From assembly GCA_025201805.1 (NCBI GenBank), contig MU619389.1:1-64000 (forward strand): a stretch of DNA of 64,000 nucleotides, read 5' to 3'. This stretch comes from Parasitella parasitica NRRL 2501 (lineage: Eukaryota > Fungi > Mucoromycota). The translations under genes and the position numbers were made by a program. Under the pieces are notes generated by a model. That model saw only the letters and a list, made by a program, of their open reading frames with translations. It searched no databases and was not told the origin of the DNA. Of this stretch, positions 50,589 through 62,423 are shown piece after piece (the stretch's first letter is position 1; each line of letters begins with the position of its first letter).

Positions 50589-51424
50589 TTTTAAATTTCA
50601 GTATGATACCAACTAAAGTGAAAAGCATACCAGTATCAAGATACCACATTAGAGGGCACTACGGATTCAACTGAGATTGTCTTGGTATCATCTTTGGTGA
50701 TCTTTCCTTTTCCCAAAAAAAATAAGAGTTTTTTCAGCAGCTAGAAAGATATGAAGAAGAAAGGGAAAAGCATAGTGCTTTATTTTCATTACTTAAATAT
50801 TATGAAAATAAAGCGTGGCTCAGAGAGCATTTATCACATTGGAGGCCGGAACGGAGGCAATATCTTGCATGCAAAAAATCTTTCAATCACTATTTATGTA
50901 TCACTACTTATGCAAAACCTGAACTTATCAGGATGACTTGGAGCATGATTTCTGATTATTTCGACTAATTTTATCATTGTAGAAACCAATGTTTCTTGAA
51001 AGTTGCCAAGTTTTTGGCTGGCATCTTTGTATTGCTTGCAAAGACAACGCATAATCTACAAAGTGTCAGAAGTTGTTTGATGTCGTGCAGCGCTCTTGAA
51101 CTGCCAAGGGTGCTATGAAGCTAACAGCCATTGGAATCAGTTATAGCAAATGTAAACGCTTAGTATAAAGCAATCAAAGGAAAAATTGAGGTCTATAAAT
51201 ATGTTACTTGTGTTGGTTTACCAGATTATGTGCAACGAAATCCGAAGCAACCTTATATGTATGATAGCTTTACATGTCAAATTTTGCACTGATCATCGCT
51301 GCCATTCTCACGCGTAGTCGTGAGTAATGGACTTTTGATAATGGTGTGGTCTATTAGGTTATTTCTTTTTCCGATGTGAATAAATGTCTTGGATTTCGTT
51401 TTTCTTTCGCGAGACAAGAGAAAA

Positions 51425-52507
51425 ATGTCAAAGCAAGGTTTGATTTGGAGAAAAAAGACTCGATTGTCGTGGTGGTATATTGACGCTTTAGGCATGTAGA
51501 TTTGAAATTTGTATTTCATAAATTGGCAAACAATGAGAATCCAAGCACAAAGACAATACCTTCGAATGTAAGAAGAGCCTGTGTTGCGGCCATTATTCGC
51601 TGGAGACCCTACAATAAGCAAATGAATTCATCAGCAGCAGCAGCAGCAGCACAAACAGAATTAGCAACAACGCCTATGGAATTTTTGAATCAACCATGGG
51701 TCAATGATACCCAGGGTGAAGCCGAACTTTTATTCATCCAGCGTGCATTGCATCCGGGAGATTTGTAGGTGGTTTTGACATGTTTTTCACATGTAATATA
51801 CATGTATATATATGGTGCCGCCGCTAACGTATAGTTTTAGTTGGTCTGGACACGTAGCATTTCCAGGTGGCAAGAATGAAGCCGTCGATCAATCCAATCT
51901 AGATACAGTTGTTCGTGAATGCAAAGAGGAAATTGGTATTGACCTAAGCTCGCCAGAATTTATACCGTTGGGTACACTGGAACATCGAGAAATCAAAAAC
52001 ATAAGGAAGAACAAGCTGATGATGATTTTGATTCCTCATGGTAAGCTTGAATACTGGCTACAACAATTATGTCAGCTGACGGTGATAGCTTGATCGAAAA
52101 CAGTGTTTTTACAGGTATCGCCCATCACACCACCTCTGACTATCCAAGCTTCTGAAGTCGCTGAAATTCATTGTAAATGTCCATGACACACAATAACTCT
52201 CTGGACACTTTACTAAAAACGGCATTGCATAATGTATATATATATAGGGATACCTGTCAAATACCTATTAAAAGAACCCATCATGGCATATAATCCAATG
52301 GGAGATGTTGTGGTTGCCCCCGAAATGCATATTCCATGGCCAGGATCTGCCAGAGTCCCCGCTATACCATTTTTCGTTGCAAAAAGGAGCGAAATACCTT
52401 ACTTGTGGGGAATGACCTTGCGGATGACTCAAGAAATCCTAGGCATGACCCTTTCTCGCACCTTGATGAACGATGAAGATGATGAAACGTATGAATCCAA
52501 GCTTTGA
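51425..52507 (+). CDS. Nudix hydrolase, CoA-pyrophosphatase (NUDT7/8, Pcd1-like) type; multi-exon
   Basis: RRACVAAIIR, ELLFIQRA.HPGD.WSGHVAFPGGK..DTVVRECKEEIG (Nudix box) and LWGMTL. The start is inferred. Confidence 0.85.
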
Positions 52508-52717
52508 TATGAAAACTCTAAAAAAAAAAAAACCAGATACGTACAGCTAATTGTAATGATTTTGCGGTATACAACAAGAGAAAATTAATAAAGTTTGAGT
52601 GAATTTAATATAATGCACGAAAACAACCAAGACTATAAGATATTAGATAATACAAGTTTAATGCGGTTATTATTGGTGTAAATGAGGGGGGATTATAGAA
52701 GTAGGGACAAGGCGCAA

Positions 52718-53974
52718 TTAATGTTGTTTAATTTCTTGTTGTAAAAAGACACCAAAGCGAGGGGTGACAGGTGAAGGAGGGTCTGAACAAGTAGGCGATG
52801 TAGATGTAGATGGTAACGGTGAAGGTCCACTGCTGGTGGCATTCGTGATAATATACATGTGCTCATTGTTGACAGCACGCAGAGGAACATGATTATAACT
52901 ATTGGTCGAGTCTTCCTCTTCGTCAGTCAAAGCGAAAGCATCATTTTCGTCGTGCTCTACGTCTTTCATCAGCATCGCTTCTGTGTCGTCCGATTCAGCC
53001 ATGCTCAGAGTATCCATAAATCTTTCCATTTCGATCGAGCGAACAAAGTTGGCAAACGAATTCTTGACAGGCACTTTTGAACCAATGTAGTCTAGGCGAG
53101 TCAGACAACCAGGACGGATTGCAGGAAGATACTGACGGAAACAAAAGAATGCGACTGTGGCATAGATGGAACCACCGACTAAATCGATCAGATAATGATG
53201 AGTGAGGTACATGGTAGCAAACCACATCCACATGATATGGAATACACAATAAACCTTTGCTTTAGGACATAGCCAGGCCAGAAACAGCATTTCGATAGTA
53301 GCGCAGCCAGAGTGGAGTGACGGAAAGGCGCCAAACACAAGCGGAGAGTTACCAAATGTTGTGCTGTAAAGATTCAGTCCCAAGATATCATCGATTCTAG
53401 CTAGACCACCAGGCTGACCGTGCACAGAGTAATCAGCAGGAGCTGAGCCGTAGGATAGCTCATACCACGGAGGAGATGTTGGGAATATAAGTTGAGTCAA
53501 CACACCGGCCAAGTTCATGTAGCCAAATGCCTGGCCAAATACAGCCAATGTGCCTGGAGGGCCAAAGATAAACAGTGCCAAGGAGAAGGCGAATGGAAAG
53601 GCGAAATGGATGATGCCGTAGGGCAACCAAGCAAAGATGTCTAGTACTGGGCTTGTGTGCTGAGAGATAATTTCAGACAAGTTGGCACCATAAATGATGC
53701 GTTCAAGAGTAGGCAAAATGTTTACGAAAATATGTTGAGGTTTGATTGTAATGGGAATAAATTGGACAGCGTAAAATGTAATTAGCCAGGTGAAAACCAC
53801 CATGGCTGGCACTGTGAATCTTCTAATGTAAGGTATGAATGGCGATGACACTAACAGACACAGCAGTAAAAGTCGAGCCCAGAGAGGGGGGAACTGTATA
53901 TATACCATGTCGAAAATAAGTAGTGCTGCAAATACTGGATATTGTGCCCAACTCCATTGAAACGAACTACACAT
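52718..53974 (-). CDS. AUR1: Inositol phosphorylceramide synthase (aureobasidin A resistance protein)
   Basis: LPTLERIIYG, LDIFAWLPYG, PPWY, GGLARID, FGAFPSLHSG and WFATMYLTHHYLIDLVGG. The 5' end is uncertain because it abuts a gap and poly-A. Confidence 0.92.
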   Translation of the reverse strand: MCSSFQWSWAQYPVFAALLIFDMVYIQFPPLWARLLLLCLLVSSPFIPYIRRFTVPAMVVFTWLITFYAVQFIPITIKPQHIFVNILPTLERIIYGANLSEIISQHTSPVLDIFAWLPYGIIHFAFPFAFSLALFIFGPPGTLAVFGQAFGYMNLAGVLTQLIFPTSPPWYELSYGSAPADYSVHGQPGGLARIDDILGLNLYSTTFGNSPLVFGAFPSLHSGCATIEMLFLAWLCPKAKVYCVFHIMWMWFATMYLTHHYLIDLVGGSIYATVAFFCFRQYLPAIRPGCLTRLDYIGSKVPVKNSFANFVRSIEMERFMDTLSMAESDDTEAMLMKDVEHDENDAFALTDEEEDSTNSYNHVPLRAVNNEHMYIITNATSSGPSPLPSTSTSPTCSDPPSPVTPRFGVFLQQEIKQH

Positions 53975-53992
53975 TGAATTTANNNNNNNNNN

Positions 53993-54065
<73 letters not shown>

Positions 54066-54568
54066 TTTCCACGTTTTAAAAAAAAAGCAAAAAAAAAAAG
54101 AAAAAAGAATTAATACATATTTATAAATGTAGAATCTTCTTTTGGATTACATATAAAACATTAATATAAAACCACCTGTCAAGAAACCTAAAAAAAACTT
54201 GCAGAATCATTTGCCATGTTTTAATAGGGTCTTTGTTTTGCCGGGATATAATATTAACTCATCATCCATGGCAACAAAGGCCTGACATACCAGCTATATT
54301 TTGACTTGATTTGATCCAACGTCTCTGGTGTCCTCGATGCATGTTATCGATGATATCGTATGTTCGGCATCTACAAAAGGAGCATTGATCTGATTTAGTA
54401 AAGATATTGCTGTCAGTTTAGCCTTTCTTGTCTGGCCGTAGTGCCGAGAAAACCAAAAGCGAGTTTTACCGAGAAATGCTTGGTCATTAAAAAATTTAAA
54501 TGTGAGTCTCTTTTTTTTATTTATGACAAGGTGATTATATACAAATTCTAACAATATATTTATATAAA

Positions 54569-56445
54569 TCAAGGAATATGGGTCGCGCCTTTGGCTTGAC
54601 GCTTTTGTTGAAGAATCTTCTTTTGACGATTTTCTTCGTTTTTAAATGCTGATTTTGTGGATTTCTTTTCCTCTCGTCGATTCTATTTTTACATACATGA
54701 ATTTTCTATTTTCTACTAAAATCTTTCAAAGCCTTACCTTTTTGGCATCTTTAATTGCCTGTTTTCGTGCCTTCTTTTCTTCTTTTGTCTCGGATTTTAC
54801 TCTGGGTGTGCCCATATTCACGCCAGCCTCTTCCTCGTCATCTTCTTCGTCATCTTCCTCATCATCATCACTCTCTTCTTCTTGGTCTTTGACACTAGTT
54901 TGTTTTTTGCGTTCAACTTGTACCAAAACAGGCATACCGGTCTTGGGATCAATGCGAATTTTTTTTGCAGGGCCCTTGTCATTGATAAGAGAAGGATGGT
55001 TTTCTAGATTGGAATAGGTGGAAATGACACTTTGCACATCCCAGGTTTCTCTTTGCTTTTGCAGCGGTCGTTCCAGATTAGGCTGCAATGCAGGTTGAGC
55101 TAGTTTTAGTTTCGATAAACGTTCTTTCTCTTTGGCTTCTTGCGCCGCAACGTTAGGCTTGATTAAGCCCTGACGGATGCTGTCTAATTTAGCAGCTGAA
55201 GTCTCGCCTTCCATCTTGGGTTGCATCTTTTTACCAACAATTTCATACTTTTCCAGAAATTCATCGAGAATAGCATCGAAATCAGCGCGCTCTTCCGCTT
55301 CTTCATTGCTGTTGTACTCACTTTCATCGTCATCATCTGCGTATTCTTCCTCAATCTTTTCAAATCGATCGTCCAACAAACGAAGTTGTGTGTTACGGTG
55401 CATGGCTGAAGATGAAACCGAGAATCCAGTCTGCTTGGTTTGATGATCGTCAGAGTCATCATCAGAGCCTGCTGCTTTGCGATTTTGACCTAGCTTGAAC
55501 CTACATGGCAACGACAATAATCAGCCTATACCATTCATCAGTCAAAAGACAAGAGACAAGACGTACTTGTTAAATGCTGTCTGCCAATCATAGTTCTCTG
55601 CGTCAACCTCCTCTCCCTCCTCGACTTCATGTTCTTCAAACTCTTCATACTCTTCTTCAGAATCAAAATATTCGTCATCTTCAGCTGGATCATAGGCTTC
55701 GCCGTCAGCATTAAGAGCATCGAAAAAGTCGTCATCCAATCCATCTTCAATGTATTCTTCATCGGATAAGGCCTCAAGAACCTCACGCAATCGAGGATCC
55801 ATGTCAGGCTGAAGACCACTTTCGCGGCCTGTACCTTGGTTCATGACACCTACACTCATTTCAATGCTCGAGGGCAAAACGTTGGCAGGTAACTGGATTA
55901 AATTGGGGTTCTTTTGATCTCTATGCACATCAGCATCGTTGTCTTTGAACATGCTGTCGTTAAAGGTCTTGGGCTTTTCCTTCTTGCCAGGCGCTTCCAA
56001 AAACACGGCATCAGTTGCACCAATAGGTTTCAGATGCTGGGTGTAGTCGTATTCTCCATCATCGAAAAAGATGCCATACTGCGCTGCTTGGCCAATGTGT
56101 CTATCAAAGAAATCAGCTTGCTTTTTTTTTTTTTTTTTTTGCCCTAAAAGCCCCCACCCACTTGTTAACAAACTTACTGGTCAATCTCGTCCTGAGTCAT
56201 TTTTTGAGGCTTGCTATTCACTCTTTCGATCTCTGCTTGTGATTTATGCTAAATTGGTCTGGTTCAATGACAGACATTTTGAAAGACTCATTTTACAGCT
56301 ATACCTTTATTTGATTCATGGGCAAGACTTCCTGGAGCACACGGTCAGGAGCCTCTGAATCATTAATCAAAGGATCCTTCTGGGAACGATGAACTACATG
56401 GAAATGCTTTGCGGATTTCTTGTCGATGAAAGGTTTTTTACCCAT
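54569..56445 (-). CDS. LTV1: Low-temperature viability protein, 40S biogenesis factor; multi-exon
   Basis: MGKKPFIDKKSAKHFHVVHRSQKDPL, YGIFFDDGEYDYTQHLK, QPDMDPRLREVLEAL, WDVQSVISTYSNLENHP and ETKEEKKARKQAIK. Confidence 0.93.
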
Positions 56446-56688
56446 TTTTGTTGCAAATATAAAGAAAAAAAGAAGAGAAAAAAGAGAGGATATCCGGTAC
56501 TGCAGAAGAACACTCGTAGTGGCTTGTTGGATTATACCCAAACAAGCTTGATTGGATACTAAATGTGTTGATCATGAAGCCTTTTATTTGGTAAGCCGAA
56601 CAAATTAAAAAGGCCATCTCGTCCCCTTTCTGTGTGCACATTTATTTCTTACTTTTCTATACTCTTCCTCGTCTTTTGCAAGTAAAAA

Positions 56689-56862
56689 ATGTCTGCTGTG
56701 TCTGCCGCTCCCGTTCTACCTGACCATGTCAAGAAACCCAATGAAGAAGAGTTCAAGAACAAGCTGGCTGAGGTAAATGCCAATATCGAAAAGATCCAAA
56801 AGCAATTTGTAAGTTTCGTGCTGGATGTCCAAAAAAAAAATTGCGTGTGTGTGTTGGGGGGT

Positions 56863-56957
<95 letters not shown>

Positions 56958-58422
56958 GAGGGCAGTTCACGACTGACTCGCTGAAAATAGGATGTTATTA
57001 GAGACAAAATTGCCAAGTTGCCCCAAAAGAACGACAACACTCGTCGTGAGGAAATCAAGGCCGAGCTGAATGACATTCGAGATAAGCAAGCTTCTCTAAA
57101 AAAGACTCGCCGGGCTGTCTACGATCAGTTGGATGCGATCAATGACTCCATCAGCAAAAAGGTAAGTAATGTACAGTGAGGTCTGCAGAAAAAAGTGGTT
57201 GACGTGTTGTCTGCTGTTAGGTTGGCTCCATTAAGGGCTTCCAAACCAAGATCCCTTTCAGGACCACTGAGGAGGTGGATGCTCGCATCGCGTACGTTGT
57301 TTGTCGCTATCGATGCAGATCATGTTTGTACTAACACGCGTGTTTTTAGTGAACTCGAAAGCAAAATTGAAGCTGGCGTCAGAATTGTAGAGGAAAAAAA
57401 GGTACAGATTTTGCTGAACAGTTTCCATGGGAACATCTAAATAATAGCGTTGTACACAGATGTTGCAGGAGATTTCTCTATTGAAGCGCAACCGTCTTTC
57501 AGTCGAAGGTGTGGACGACCAGCAAGCAGCTATCAACAAGGAAAGAGAGATTTATAGCGAGCTTAAAAAAAACATTGACGATTCTGAGGCCAAGAAACTG
57601 AGCGATCGCTATGAGGAGCTTGACGCAGAGTTCAAGCTGCTTCATGGTGAACAATCCAAGCAGCGAGAAGCTCGCAACGAGCTCTACGACGAACGCACCC
57701 GTCTCAAGACATCATTGGATGAAGAGTACTCCAAGATGCGTACCATGCGTGATGAACACCGCAAGAACAACGACGAATACTACACTTTTGTTCGTAAATT
57801 GAGAGAGTATAAGAAAGAGCAAGAGCAGCTCCGTAAAGAGCAGGAAGAAAACGAGAAGCGTCAAGAAGCAGCCAAGCAAGAGCTGGAGCTGGCTGCTTTG
57901 CCCGCTTTCGAGAGCGAACTTGCTCTTTGCGATAACCTCGCCATCTTTTTGGAAAGCTTCCTTTCTGGTAGCTCTACCGATAAGAAGGGATCGGAGCAGC
58001 AATCTGCTGTCAATGCTGCTGCCGATGCCTTTGAGGGCATGGTAATCAAGAAGCGTGATGACGAGGATTTCTTTGTCGGTAAAAGCAAAAAGAAGCAACC
58101 AAAGCAAAGAGATCCCAAGGAAAAGAAGACGGACGCTCTCAAGTTACCTCTTGCGACCATGGAAGCGTTTTTTGAGATCAAAGTCACTGTACCCACCAAG
58201 GTTTCTGAAATCCCTGCTACTCTTACCAAGCTTAAAGAGCGCAAGGAATACTATATTGCTGAACAGCCCAAGGTTACTGAAATGAATAAGAAGAAAGCCG
58301 AGGAGAAGATTCGAGCCATGGAAAAGGAAGAGGAGGAGCAAAAGAAGGCTGAAGCCGAAGAAGCTTCCAAGGCTAAATCTGCTGAAGCTACTACTGCTGC
58401 TGCTGATGATGATAACGAATAA
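56689..58422 (+). CDS. BFR1: Bfr1-like coiled-coil nuclear segregation / mRNP protein; multi-exon
   Basis: VKKPNEEEFK..L..., a long coiled coil, IVEEKK.LQEIS.LKR.R and a C-terminal F.EIKVTVP..L.KLKERKEYY segment. Confidence 0.75.
56857..56955. repeat. ~100-nt poly-G tract in intron 1 of the Bfr1-like gene
   Basis: Almost pure G homopolymer; its length may be an assembly artefact. Confidence 0.8.
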
Positions 58423-58789
58423 GAGTACATAGTTGATATCAATCAAAGAAGAAGAAAAAAAAATAGATAATAGAAATCACCTTGTTTTAATTTGATATTT
58501 TGATGGTGGGGATTATTATTAGGGATTGTTGTCTTTGTGAAGTGTCTCTGCTGTCATGATTGATACTAGAAAATCGCAATAAAAACTAGCAGTATAAACT
58601 CGACAGTTCTATTCGATGAACAAAATGCAGTTGCGAAGCCTTCTTTTCAGCGGTTTTTCTTGTTTCTTTTGAAACAGGCGTAGAAATATGGATTGGGTCG
58701 CAACAAGCAACGCTAAGCGACGGTACTTTGCCGCCTGAAGCACATAAAGTTGCATTGATAATGATTGGGAGTTGGGATGGCTGGGTGGT

Positions 58790-59030
58790 TGAATAGTTCA
58801 TTGATGAAGTAATATTTCATATCGATTAGAAAAGAGCAATGGAATGAGGAGAGGTGCCACCATTGAGACATCTACAACAAAAGCACAAACAACGAAGATC
58901 CTAGGCGCCCTACCATAATTTGGTATCATTAATGTCAAAAGCAAGAAGACCGTACCAGGTTTCTCGGGAGAGAAAAAAGTTGCCAGGCACACGCCTAAAG
59001 CAATCAAAAGTATGGATACGGTAGAAGAAC
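58790..59030 (+). mobile_element. Decayed Tc1/IS630-like DDE transposase fragment
   Basis: FIDEVIFHID*KRAM..ATIETSTTKAQTTKILGALP*FGIINVK resembles the DE..FHI..R..AWS..G.PA....TT.A...TILGAIS..G.I pattern; contains stops. Confidence 0.55.
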
Positions 59031-61383
59031 GGGTCAGAAGGGTTAGTATTTGTCTTTATTATATGTAATTGGGGGTATATGTGAGTCTTTAGACAATCAA
59101 GATTATCTGGTTCATCTTTCTGATTTTGGGAGCAGTCGCTGTGTTGTACATATTGATTAAAGCAAGCTCCTCGATGTTACAGTCGTAGCTCTTTAGGAGC
59201 GTCTGGATTAGTAGAAGCTTGCCCGTTAATAATCTTCTTGTGATTTTCATCTTGTTGGACCTGATGTCCTTCAATCTTCGCAAAGTACATTTACTTCTCA
59301 AAGACTTTTTGAGACCAAGATTCTTATATTATTCAATACTGAGCAGCTTTTGCTCCAGCTTTTTCTTTTTTGACCTAGTACTGTAATTTCAAAAAATGCT
59401 TTACGGTGCCTGAAAAAACGTATTCATAAACTGTTCATCATTGCTGCCGTTCGTGTATCTATATCATAACACTGCACTGCCAAATAAGACTCACTTGGCA
59501 CATCAAATACGTGCATCATTGAATATTTTGATTATTTAAGAAAAGTGCTATCATTACACACAATTCAGTTGTTTCAAAGTATAGTAACGTCGAGCGGTAC
59601 TAAGCCTAGCAGTTTTACCTCTCAACGAAATGCGATCCTGGAAACACATCACTGTAAACTTTGAATATACAACAGCGGTGTCATTGTCTACTCTTTTAAT
59701 TTGTTAAAATTCTAACTCTCGACGAAATGCGAATCTGGAATACGCATTGACCTTTTAATTAGCATTGTTATTTGAAAGAACATTTGAACATTTGAAAAAG
59801 GTAACATTTTACTGAAGCAAAGGAGTCAACCACTCCTATAAGCTGCACAGATGAAATCCCCTTTTATATGGTCTACTTTAGACGAGAAAAAGAACAAGCC
59901 TTAACCACAAGTAGAGTCATGTTGTAAATTGTAGTTTATTATAGCCTTTCATTTTTATTGTAAATGTACTTTCTTGGGTTCTCGAAAAAAAATTATTCGA
60001 AACTGACAGGATTAACCAACGTGAAGTTGAAAGTACAGTTAGTCCCAAAAAAGAGTCTTGAATGCTCTCTCCATGACTTCCCTAACGGATAGTCAATCTT
60101 AGGAGCTCTGGAGAGTGCCGGTTGTTCATAAGCGCCAGCAAATTAGGGTGGGTTGAAGTCTTACATCCAGTATAACTCTCCCAAAAGTAACCCTCAGACC
60201 CAATATATTCAGGAAACGGAAAGAAAATGTCTTGAGAAGCTATTTAAGTTTAATAGTTAACGACAGTATATTGTCGATAGCACTGACCAATTATAGTATA
60301 TAGGTCATCGAGGTGGTGTTCTCAATCGCTAAATAAATTACTGTAGATTTGTATAGAAAACGATAAAAAACCGGATAATGTGCTGGTTTTAATATTATTG
60401 ATTAGAAGTATCACATTAAAATGCAATATGAGTCGAAGTGGGTTTGTACATTATTGATTCTACATTGAGTTGTTTGCTAAGAAATGCCTAAAATGGTAAC
60501 CGAATATCAAAATTGATCGATTTTGGATCCGGCTCAAAAGACTCGCTAAATAGACTTTGTCCCCTCAAGCCAAGCGAGATTAGGGACTAACTAGTCATTT
60601 TTACATCTTTGTAGACAATATCTCTGCATGAAAAAACTCATAGGATAGAAAAGTATACATGAGAAAAAAAACAGGGCAAGGTATGAATTCGAAGAATCCG
60701 TAGTGTAAATTCAAACAGCACTTGAACATTGTGAATATAAATCGCATCAGCAACATTCAGGAATCTCATGGATTTCAAAGCAAAAAGGAGAGGCAAGGCG
60801 CTAAAATAATACTAAGATACAGTAAATGCATGTATTTGGAATAACCACCTCAGTTACTTTTTACTCATGGTGCAAATAGCAATAACCCTTAAAAATGCTT
60901 CATGCTAAGGAGCTTTCCCCCAATCTTTCCATGGAATTCTCGCGTCTTTTCTATAAATGCCAAATCTTTATTTCTTTTTCCATGCATAGAATCCATTCGA
61001 TTACCGCATACATCAACTTACAGAAGTTTTAACATTCTCGTTTTTGAAGTATCTTGTACTAGAAAAATCCCTCCTATTATCTTCCTCGTCAATTTATAGC
61101 ATGCCTTTGTAGTTCAAAAGAAAATAGATAGCAAATATCGAATCTTTCCGAATTGTGCAATGTATAGAGAAAAAAAAAAGTAATGAGTGAGGAGAGAAGA
61201 GGAGCAGCAATAAACAATATACGTTAAAAGGGAACAATATGCATTATGCTGTAATTTCAATTAATCGATTTATTTGCTATTAACATTACTATATAATCCA
61301 GCTAGTTTTAACTCATTGTAATAGACACTAATTTTTCTTCTTTATTCAATGGAATCGAAACCCCCCTTTTACTAGAAAAAAAA

Positions 61384-62114
61384 ATGAAGAAAATCCCAAG
61401 AATATCTAGGGCCAAGTTTGAAAACATTGCATATTTAACATTAAATGCAGTCAACATGGTTACTTATTTGATGGTGTTTGCTGCATCGATCACTAAAGCC
61501 AAAGAAGGGGGACTAGTTGAAATCATCCAAGCCATATATTGCACGCAAGTAAAAAGGATAATGACATGTACTTTATTTTACTAGCAACATTAATACGTTT
61601 TTTCTATAGCATGATTAGTTTGTTGTTGATCCTGCATGAGTTTACATCACCTGTGTGGATACAGAATTATTTCGGATTTTTGTATGTGCATCGAGGTAAG
61701 GGAATCTTGATGATATTGTGAGTATACCTGTACACATTTCTCGTATGTCGAACACAGCGATTAACGATCTATAGTCTTGGCTGCTTGGTCATGTGCAACA
61801 TTGCATTCAACATTATAGTGACCATCATTGCATTTACGATTGGATTTGCATACTTTATTCTGTCGTTAATACCTACGTTGCCACCACCCAACAGCTTTTT
61901 GATACACTGGCAAAATCATCGAGATTTCTGGGCGGAAGGATTAGATTTAACTGTCCCGAAAATACACACAGCGCCCAACAATAGCAACGCTCTCCACTTT
62001 CCTCATCCTTCTGCTTGGCACCCTTCGTCATCTAAAATAGCATCAGCTAATTCATTTTTCCATTTTCCACTGCAGCAGCAGGAAAACCCTCAATTGCTAC
62101 GTGTATATTACTAA
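61384..62114 (+). CDS. COPI-associated / Tvp15-like Golgi membrane protein; 3 exons
   Basis: Four hydrophobic segments; SLLLILHEF....IQNYFGFLY..RGKG.LMI.LGC motif. Confidence 0.7.
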
Positions 62115-62423
62115 TGACAATAAAAGTCCATCGTGTGACACATGAAGCTTTGCTGTACCTTTTTCCAAATGGTGAGATTTAAATGGATTGAATTCCTTCT
62201 TCATCTATTTTTAACCCTTTTTTTCTCTTCTTTTTCTCTATTTTTCACTTTTTTTNNNNNNNNNNNNNNNNNNNNNNNNNNNNNNNNNNNNNNNNNNNNN
62301 NNNNNNNNNNNNNNNNNNNNNNNNNNNNNNNNNNNNNNNNNNNNNNNNNNNNNNNNNNNNNNNNNNNNNNNNNNNNNNNNNNNNNNNNNNNNNNNNNNNN
62401 AAAAAAAAAAAAAAAAAAAAAAA

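Larger units (their letters stand above)
49850..50624. repeat. Long inverted repeat / fold-back palindrome of Rpn-like nuclease gene fragments
   Basis: 49850-50066 is, by eye, the exact reverse complement of 50408-50624. Imperfect pairing continues inward to a 5-nt loop at 50175-50179, with a ~120-nt bulge at ~50251-50367. Confidence 0.95.

Noticed and set aside
56716-57076. Poly-Pro and poly-Gly ORFs
   Set aside because: Translations of an intronic poly-G tract that may be inflated by sequencing or assembly.
59050-61300. Short ORFs in long intergenic stretches (also 37900-39100 and 40400-41800)
   Set aside because: No recognisable motifs, splice-consistent models or repeat structure that I can support.
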